The notes below the pieces were generated by a model. The model had not been told where the DNA came from. It ran no database searches and saw only the letters and a list, made by a program, of their open reading frames with translations. From positions 1 through 5,926 of IMG/VR virus record IMGVR_UViG_3300020040_000028: a stretch of 5,926 bases of DNA. One strand, 5' to 3'. The translations under genes and the position numbers were made by a program. How positions within the stretch are numbered: the stretch's first letter is position 1; the number at the start of each line of letters is the position of its first letter. Of the stretch, positions 1 through 4,904 are shown piece after piece. This DNA comes from a virus.

Positions 1-121
1 ATAAGCGTTGGGTTCTTGAGGATAAGGATGGTAATAAGGCGACCTATTCTCTCAAGGATCTGTATGGCATGTTGACTCTTTCTGATGTACAGGCTGCTGC
101 CTGGAAGCCCGTTCAGGCCGA
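1..121. repeat. Terminal redundancy, left copy. Identical to 5806..5926 and marks a circular genome of 5805 nt.
   Basis: Base-by-base comparison shows 1..121 (ataagcgttgggttcttgag...cccgttcaggccga) reproduced exactly at 5806..5926. The repeat lies inside one continuous reading frame (VP2). Confidence 0.97.
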
Positions 122-431
122 CCAGGAAGCGCGCAAGACACAGGCTGAGGCCCATAATGAGGAAAACGTTTGGAAGTTCAAAGCACTTGATGCGATTACT
201 TCTATACTTCAGACTTTCATGCTTAGTCGAGGTATTGGTCTTGGCGCCCGGGCTATCGGTTCTTCTACGCAATCTGACACCGCAGGTCGTAGTACTCGTG
301 GAAAAACCATGGAGACTCGCGAGAATTACGATGGTAAAGGTCATCGTATTGGCGGAACTATTATTGTTCGCGAGCAACTTGAGCCCGATCGCAGTTCGTC
401 TTGGTCTCGTAGTTCTTCCAGTAAGCATTAA
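1..431 (+). CDS. VP2: VP2 minor capsid / DNA pilot protein, C-terminal part. It is 5'-partial in this linearisation; the first full codon starts at 3 and the stop TAA is at 429..431.
   Basis: Same frame as 4905..5926 across the circular junction. It reads ...NWDKRWVLEDKDGNKATYSLKDLYGMLTLSDVQAAAWKPVQADQEARKTQAEAH... and ends with the Ser-rich tail SSSWSRSSSSKH. The track ORF 69..431 is only an internal Met of this gene. Confidence 0.85.
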   Translation, partial: KRWVLEDKDGNKATYSLKDLYGMLTLSDVQAAAWKPVQADQEARKTQAEAHNEENVWKFKALDAITSILQTFMLSRGIGLGARAIGSSTQSDTAGRSTRGKTMETRENYDGKGHRIGGTIIVREQLEPDRSSSWSRSSSSKH

Positions 432-458
432 TTTTTTTATAATTTTTTACGGATTTTT

Positions 459-489
459 TTTGTATTTATATTTATTTTTTGTATATTTG
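459..489 (+). promoter_or_regulatory. Candidate Bacteroidota-type promoter: TTTG (-33 like) at 459..462, 19 nt spacer, TATATTTG (-7 like, TAnnTTTG) at 482..489.
   Basis: Both motifs are read directly from the sequence, inside the 92-nt AT-rich, T-run-rich intergenic region 432..523 upstream of the small-ORF block. Their arrangement matches the recalled Bacteroides consensus TTTG-N19-21-TAnnTTTG. In such AT-rich DNA a chance match is quite possible. Confidence 0.4.
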
Positions 490-523
490 TCATGTAATAC
501 TTAACCCTCTAATACTTATTGTT

Positions 524-787
524 ATGCGCAACACTTTAATTCTTAGTCACTTCTTTGATTTTCTTAACGAACAAGGTTTATTTGCTTCTTATTTGGAGGA
601 AGCTATGTCGTATGGCGAACGTCTTCCTTTTCTTCTTCAAACTCTCTTTTTTAAATTTCCACCCGAAAGATGGATTTCTGGCGCCTTTTCTTGGAATTTA
701 GACCCTTCAAATGATTGGTGTTCCATTAATGATTCTTGGCTTATTCGTCTCAATACTCTTAAATCTGGAAATTCTTCTAATAAATAA
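524..787 (+). CDS. Hypothetical protein, 87 aa from ATG 524, Trp/Phe-rich.
   Basis: The frame is open from 479 to the TAA at 785..787. The track start at 479 is a TTG inside the putative promoter, so I prefer the first ATG at 524. ATG 605, preceded by GGAGGA, is an alternative. T-rich third codon positions match the recognised genes. The stop is 2 nt before the next start. I recognise no family. Confidence 0.6.
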   Translation: MRNTLILSHFFDFLNEQGLFASYLEEAMSYGERLPFLLQTLFFKFPPERWISGAFSWNLDPSNDWCSINDSWLIRLNTLKSGNSSNK

Positions 788-789
788 TT

Positions 790-1092
790 ATGAAAAAGCA
801 ACTTATCATTCGTATTTTTGGCGCTGGCATCCCTGTCTACGATGTCGCTTTTGGTGAAATTCGTGACGGTCAATTTACTCCTCTCGATTCCGGCGATCTT
901 TCTCTCGATATTCTTGATTGTATCGTTCTTTCCGATCTTCTTGGTACCCACGCCTACGTTCAGGCTTCGCGTCTTCGCGAACTCATCGCTTGCGTTATGC
1001 CTTATGTAGACGAAGTTTCGTTCTATCCTAATTTTATTGTACTTTCATTTACTGATGATTATGGCACGGAAAAGAAAGAAAACGAAAAGTAA
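790..1092 (+). CDS. Hypothetical acidic protein, 100 aa.
   Basis: ATG at 790 comes directly after the stop of the preceding ORF. Codon bias is the same T/C-ending type. The product is MKKQLIIRIFGAGIPVYDVAFGEIRDGQF...TDDYGTEKKENEK, with a net negative charge. I recognise no motif. Confidence 0.7.
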   Translation: MKKQLIIRIFGAGIPVYDVAFGEIRDGQFTPLDSGDLSLDILDCIVLSDLLGTHAYVQASRLRELIACVMPYVDEVSFYPNFIVLSFTDDYGTEKKENEK

Positions 1093-1139
1093 TGGAGCTC
1101 GCGTAGTTCGTCGTCCTGTCCTTGGAAACGTTCTTTAGT

Positions 1140-1337
1140 ATGGATTCCTTTTATTTTCCAAAAGCCTCGCCGATAGTGGAAGGTGTCCCCTTCCGCTATT
1201 CGGTGGCTTTTTATCGCGGTCGTCGTCGTATTGTGATTGGCTGGTTTCAGGATTTTAATAGCGCCATGGATTTCCTCAAGCGCTCGCGTCACAGTAACCC
1301 GCATCTCAAGTACGACCTTTGTAGGTCTCTGTTTTAA
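1140..1337 (+). CDS. Hypothetical small basic protein, 65 aa from ATG 1140 (the track start at 1122 is TTG). Its stop overlaps the VP4 start.
   Basis: The product is MDSFYFPKASPIVEGVPFRYSVAFYRGRRRIVIGWFQDFNSAMDFLKRSRHSNPHLKYDLCRSLF, net charge about +6. The stop TAA at 1335..1337 shares its last A with the VP4 ATG at 1337 (TAATG), which suggests translational coupling. Confidence 0.6.
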   Translation: MDSFYFPKASPIVEGVPFRYSVAFYRGRRRIVIGWFQDFNSAMDFLKRSRHSNPHLKYDLCRSLF

Positions 1338-2401
1338 TGGCTTGTTCTCATCCTATATGGATTCGCAATCGTCGATATTCCCGGAAAGATGCTCCTTTTC
1401 GGGACATATCCGATTATGCTAAGAGCTCTCTCGCCCTTGCCCCCTGGGATATTTCTCGTCAGTGGCTAATGGTCCCTTGTGGTAGGTGTGATGATTGTCT
1501 TCGTAGGCTCCGCAACGATTGGTTTGTTCGTCTTGAGCGTGAGCTTGCCCGCTGTAAGGCTGAGCATCAGCAGGCGATTTTTATTACTATAACTATTGCT
1601 CCTAAATATTATGAAGAAGCACTGCGAGATCCGACTCGCTTTATCCGTCGATGGAATGAGCGTGTGCGGCATAAAATCGGCCACTCCTTTAAGCATGCAT
1701 TTTTCCAGGAGTTTGGCACCCATCCCGAAATCGGCCAATATCCACGCCTTCACTTTCACGGTTTCCTCTTTGGAACCAATGTTTTGTACAATGAAATTAG
1801 GTCCGCTGTTCGCGACCTTGGCTTTGTATGGCTTGGAAAAGGCACGCATAAGCGTGCACGATACGTCGTCAAATATGTTACTAAGCAAATTAAATTTGAC
1901 CCTACGGAAATCTCCGATCAGAATCTCCTTATAGATGGAAAACTTACACCTCTGGCTCGAGTCCTTGAGCATCGACGTTATACGAGAAAATTCGTATCTG
2001 CTGGCGTTGGTGATTATCTTGGTAATCGCCCTGCCCCTTCTAGTTCTGTTTCGTCTTGGTCTTATTTGGATTTTAAGACTGGCATCAATTACAATTACGC
2101 GATTCCTCGATACTATAATCGGTATCTTCAACAAAAGGACGAGATCGTTCGATCGGTTCGTTCTGCAGATGCCTATTCACGTTTTAGCAAGTCTGCTTTG
2201 GTTCGCCGTATCGTTGATTTGTGTGTTAAAAAATTCTTACCCTCTTCCGCCTTATCCTCTCGAGAAACGTATTCGTGGGAAATGAAAAAGTTCCGTGAAT
2301 TCACTTCGGCCGGTTCTGTTCCGGCCATGGATCCCCCCACTTGGCTTGACCGTAATATCATTGAATTTTGGTATGATTTTTATGGCCTTTCATTAACTTA
2401 A
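1337..2401 (+). CDS. VP4: Replication initiation protein VP4, an HUH-superfamily rolling-circle endonuclease and phiX174 gene A analogue (354 aa).
   Basis: Motif order is typical of Microviridae Rep proteins. The N-terminal Cys cluster is MACSHP...VPCGRCDDC (C48-C54 at 1478..1498). Motif 1 is IFITITI. The HUH motif is PRLHFHGFLFG (HFH at 1751..1759). The catalytic double-Tyr motif YVVKYVTK (1862..1885) is very close to the phiX174 A protein YVAKYVNK as I recall it. Confidence 0.93.
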   Translation: MACSHPIWIRNRRYSRKDAPFRDISDYAKSSLALAPWDISRQWLMVPCGRCDDCLRRLRNDWFVRLERELARCKAEHQQAIFITITIAPKYYEEALRDPTRFIRRWNERVRHKIGHSFKHAFFQEFGTHPEIGQYPRLHFHGFLFGTNVLYNEIRSAVRDLGFVWLGKGTHKRARYVVKYVTKQIKFDPTEISDQNLLIDGKLTPLARVLEHRRYTRKFVSAGVGDYLGNRPAPSSSVSSWSYLDFKTGINYNYAIPRYYNRYLQQKDEIVRSVRSADAYSRFSKSALVRRIVDLCVKKFLPSSALSSRETYSWEMKKFREFTSAGSVPAMDPPTWLDRNIIEFWYDFYGLSLT

Positions 2402-2411
2402 TTTTTCTTAT

Positions 2412-4253
2412 ATGGCAAAACAAAGCTTCATCTCTCATGTCGTGAATGGTTATTCGCGATATGACGTTCCGGAGTCCAAGGCGTTTACTTGTACCCCCGG
2501 GATTCTGTATCCTGTTCGGATTGACTTTATTAATGCTCGCGACCGTGTGTCTATCGCCCAAGGCATCGATGTTCGGTCGAATCCTCTTGCTGTGCCGTCC
2601 TTTAATCCTTATACGGTGCGGCTTCATCGTTTTTGGGTGCCTATGCAGCTGTACCATCCTGAGATGAGGACGAACAGCAGCAAGTTTGACATGAACGACG
2701 CTTCGTTAAATTGGATTCCGGCCTCTATCACTCAGCCGTCCTCCTCGAATCTGGGTTTTTTTAAGAACGGAGCTCCGTTCTCCAATTCTCTTTTGTTTTG
2801 GCTTCGCGTTTCGAATAAAAGCCGGGTCAACAATAATACGAGTACCCCAACCCCTCCTTCCTTAGATTCCGTGTCGTTGCCTTCTGGCGCCGCTGATTAT
2901 GCTTGGGTTAATGCTGACGCATATTTGGCATATTGGGATATTGTTCGTAATTATTATTCGTACTCGCAGTGGGGAATTTACTCCTTTGCTTCTCCGGCTT
3001 CTTGGGTCTTAAATATCTCTTCTAACACTATTTCCTATCTTGACGATCCCGCCTTTTTTACACAGTGTTATGGCAATCTCGAGTATTTGGACGCCTTTTT
3101 TGAAAGTCAGTTTTATCCTTCGGCCGTTACTACATCGAATAATACTTACAATCGATCAAATTTGTTTGCTCAAATTTTGAGCTCGAATATAGCTTTTGGT
3201 GCTGCTGCTTCGTCTGATGGATATCCTATTTCTACTCATTATGCAACAATGGATACTTATGGACAAAGCACGCCTGCTTCCCAGTTTTCTATTGCGTCGG
3301 GAACAGACGGTGCTTCTCCTTTTGTTTCTTATTTCTTGTATGCTCATCCGATGGCAGTCGTTCCGTCGAATCCTGATCGATTCAGTCGTATGTTGCCTGT
3401 TGGCTCTGGTTCCGCCGTTTCAATGACTGGCGTTGCTACTATCCCTCAGCTGGCTATTGCTTCTCGTTTGCAGGAATATAAGGATCTCCTTGGTGCTGGC
3501 GGTAATCGTTACTCCGATTGGCTTGAGACCTTTTTTGCCTCCAAGATCGAGCACGTTGATCGCCCGAAATTGTTGTTTAGCGCTTCGCAGACTGTAAATG
3601 TTCAGGTTGTTATGAACCAGTCGGGTACTTCTAATTTCGCCACCAATTTTAACGGTGATGGTCAGGGTAACCCCCTTGGTCAGCAGGGCGGCTCTATTGC
3701 TTTTAATGCTCGACTCGGCCGTACCCAGTCGTATTACTTTCGTGAGCCTGGGTATATGATTGATATGCTGAGTATTCGTCCGGTTTATTATTGGGCTGGT
3801 GTTCGCCCTGACTATCTTAATTATCGAGGTGCCGACTATTTTAACCCCATATACAACGATATTGGATATCAAGATGTTCCTGTTTGGAGGTTGTTCAATG
3901 GAGGCCCTTATCTCGATAGTACATCCCCTGTTGTTACATCCTATGAGCCTTGTTTTAATGAATATCGATCTTCTTACGATGAGGTTCTTGGGCAGATTTC
4001 AGTCTCAAGTGGAAATGTTGGTGACGCTCCGCTTTATCGCTATTGGGTGCAGCAACGCTCCCTTGTTTATGGATCCGTGCCTCTTGTTGCGAGTACGACG
4101 TCTGCCTATCCTTTGCTTTTTGTCGACATGTCCCAGGTCAATGCTCCCTTTATTTCGTGCACTGAGGATAATTTTTTTGTGAATATGTCGTATAGCGTTC
4201 GTAAGAAGAATCTCGTTAATAAAACTTTTGCTACTCGTTTGTCTAATCGTTAA
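2412..4253 (+). CDS. VP1: Major capsid protein VP1, the Microviridae F-protein family jelly-roll protein (613 aa).
   Basis: This is the largest ORF. Several blocks match recalled gokushovirus/alpavirus VP1 conservation: GILYPVRIDFINARDRVSI, RLHRFWVPMQLY, AYLAYWDIVRNYY, ASRLQEYKDLLGAGGNRYSDWLETFFASKIEHVDRPKLL (GGNRY at 3498..3512) and EPGYMIDMLSIRPVYYWAGVRPDYLNYRGADYFNPIYNDIGYQDVPV. Confidence 0.95.
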   Translation: MAKQSFISHVVNGYSRYDVPESKAFTCTPGILYPVRIDFINARDRVSIAQGIDVRSNPLAVPSFNPYTVRLHRFWVPMQLYHPEMRTNSSKFDMNDASLNWIPASITQPSSSNLGFFKNGAPFSNSLLFWLRVSNKSRVNNNTSTPTPPSLDSVSLPSGAADYAWVNADAYLAYWDIVRNYYSYSQWGIYSFASPASWVLNISSNTISYLDDPAFFTQCYGNLEYLDAFFESQFYPSAVTTSNNTYNRSNLFAQILSSNIAFGAAASSDGYPISTHYATMDTYGQSTPASQFSIASGTDGASPFVSYFLYAHPMAVVPSNPDRFSRMLPVGSGSAVSMTGVATIPQLAIASRLQEYKDLLGAGGNRYSDWLETFFASKIEHVDRPKLLFSASQTVNVQVVMNQSGTSNFATNFNGDGQGNPLGQQGGSIAFNARLGRTQSYYFREPGYMIDMLSIRPVYYWAGVRPDYLNYRGADYFNPIYNDIGYQDVPVWRLFNGGPYLDSTSPVVTSYEPCFNEYRSSYDEVLGQISVSSGNVGDAPLYRYWVQQRSLVYGSVPLVASTTSAYPLLFVDMSQVNAPFISCTEDNFFVNMSYSVRKKNLVNKTFATRLSNR

Positions 4254-4264
4254 ATATTAGTACT

Positions 4265-4570
4265 ATGCCTCTTGATTGGTTACTTGAAGACGCCCCTCAG
4301 TATATTTCACGTGGTGAGCGTATTATATCCGTCCTTAATGGTTCCGGTTCGGTTGATCTTCTTCCTGGTCGTCCTGATATCGAAGCTTCCCAATCGGATT
4401 GGGATAAGGAAGAGAGATTTGACCCTGATTTGAATTTTGATCCTAACAGTTTTTCTCGTATGGATAAGTTTGACGGCCTTGAGGTTGGTCAGGAGCTTAT
4501 TGACTCTGCTCTTGATGCCCCTAAAGATTCTGATTCCAAGCCACCTATCTCCGTTACTGAAGAAAAATAA
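4265..4570 (+). CDS. Highly acidic 101-aa protein. Possibly an internal scaffolding protein (VP3-like), but the function is unproven.
   Basis: ATG at 4265 is 11 nt after the VP1 stop, and the codon bias is consistent with coding. Roughly a quarter of the residues are Asp/Glu, with segments such as DPDLNFDPNSFSRMDKFDGLEVGQELID. Acidic composition and a position next to the capsid genes are what I recall for gokushovirus VP3. I cannot claim sequence homology. Confidence 0.6.
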   Translation: MPLDWLLEDAPQYISRGERIISVLNGSGSVDLLPGRPDIEASQSDWDKEERFDPDLNFDPNSFSRMDKFDGLEVGQELIDSALDAPKDSDSKPPISVTEEK

Positions 4571-4600
4571 TTTTCTCTTTACTTGACGATATATGTTATG

Positions 4601-4680
4601 TGCGCGGACCCCTCCTAAAGCGAGTGCGTGATAGGTTTAGAGGTTCAAGGTAGCGACTGCAGGAGAGGCCGCGCATTTTT
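4601..4680 (+). terminator. GC-rich extended imperfect hairpin followed by a T-tract. Candidate intrinsic (attenuating) terminator and/or ssDNA hairpin signal.
   Basis: The left arm tgcgcggacccctcct (4601..4616) pairs with aggagaggccgcgca (4660..4675). That gives T-A plus 6 GC pairs, an A bulge, 2 pairs, one C/A mismatch and 5 pairs. The stem encloses 44 nt and is followed directly by ttttt (4676..4680). It is the only conspicuously GC-rich non-coding patch in the genome. Confidence 0.5.
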
Positions 4681-4704
4681 CTATCGTTCTTTAATCTTTC
4701 AACT

Positions 4705-4902
4705 ATGAAATTCAAAGATGTTTTACACTCCAAAAAGTTTTGGACGCTGGTTGCAGCAATCGTGGCTGCCCTTGCGGCTTTTTTCCTCGAATCGTGTACG
4801 GCTCGTCACTACGTCGTCCAATCGGCATCTTCCATCAAGTCCGGTGATACTACCCGAACTACGATCACGTACGAGCAAATAGGTAATTTTAAACGTCCGT
4901 AG
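4705..4902 (+). CDS. Small membrane protein or putative lipoprotein, 65 aa. Function unknown; candidate lysis or superinfection-exclusion factor.
   Basis: The product is MKFKDVLHSKKFWTLVAAIVAALAAFFLESCTARHYVVQSASSIKSGDTTRTTITYEQIGNFKRP. It has a Lys-rich n-region, a hydrophobic core of about 16 residues, then L-E-S-C (Cys31 at 4795..4797) resembling a relaxed lipobox, and a short polar S/T-rich tail. It occupies its own non-overlapping slot. Its stop TAG at 4900..4902 is 2 nt before the VP2 ATG. Confidence 0.7.
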   Translation: MKFKDVLHSKKFWTLVAAIVAALAAFFLESCTARHYVVQSASSIKSGDTTRTTITYEQIGNFKRP

Positions 4903-4904
4903 CT

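Noticed and set aside
1-121. The terminal direct repeat as a biological feature such as a DTR, LTR or attachment-site duplication.
   Set aside because: The repeat is perfectly identical, ends exactly at the window boundary and lies within the VP2 coding frame. An assembly overlap of a circular genome is the simpler explanation.
85-504. Plus-strand alternative-frame ORFs at 85..504, 818..1009, 1237..1422, 1596..1934, 1935..2285, 2446..2667, 3196..3426, 3799..4182 and 5509..5757, many of them hydrophobic.
   Set aside because: Every one is in the +1 frame of a real gene. With T-rich third codon positions, the +1 frame has T at its second codon position, which gives hydrophobic residues. It also rarely forms TAA/TAG/TGA, so long hydrophobic +1 ORFs are expected by composition alone. 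Several start at GTG or TTG. Only 5107..5331 was kept as a low-confidence finding.
479-523. The upstream starts used by the ORF track (TTG 479 for the first small ORF, TTG 1122 for the basic ORF).
   Set aside because: Both are non-ATG codons. 479 lies inside the AT-rich putative promoter, upstream of the likely transcription start. In-frame ATGs at 524 and 1140 give more plausible genes, though the true starts remain unverified.
1093-1139. A mini-ORF, atg gag ctc gcg tag (1092..1106), and the short spacer between the acidic and basic small ORFs.
   Set aside because: At four codons it has no supporting signal. I found no repeats, hairpins or promoter-like motifs in the spacer.
1466-2134. A 222-aa ORF on the minus strand, together with the other minus-strand ORFs at 637..951, 1059..1304, 2173..2361, 2358..2657, 3156..3347, 3420..3872 and 5337..5684.
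   Set aside because: All lie antisense to confidently identified or well-supported + strand genes. Their products are low-complexity and Arg/Ile/Ser/Lys-rich, with no motifs. Microviridae transcribe one strand only. I treat them as shadow ORFs.
4579-4606. A possible XerC/XerD dif-like attachment site, since TTATGTGCGCG resembles the reverse complement of the E. coli XerC arm (TTATGCGCACC). Some gokushovirus prophages integrate at dif.
   Set aside because: Only one half-site is similar (8 of 11). The opposing arm, ttacttgacga, matches the XerD arm at about 3 of 11 positions, and the inner inverted repeat CATAA/TTATG is missing. I do not know the host dif sequence, so this is not supported. 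It could be revisited against the dif of a Bacteroidota host.
4659-4668. A Shine-Dalgarno-like GCAGGAGAGG upstream of the 65-aa ORF.
   Set aside because: It is about 37 nt upstream of ATG 4705, too far to act as a ribosome-binding site, and it forms the descending arm of the GC-rich hairpin. It is better explained as stem sequence.
4602-4675. A 74-nt segment with a 6-bp GC-rich terminal stem, an unpaired A at the 3' end and a GGTTCAAGG string, which looks superficially like a tRNA.
   Set aside because: The TTCAA string sits at about positions 43-47 rather than 54-58. No 5-bp T stem, D arm or anticodon arm can be drawn in register, for example 50-54 does not pair with 62-66. The terminal stem continues as a long rod (13-14 bp), not a cloverleaf.
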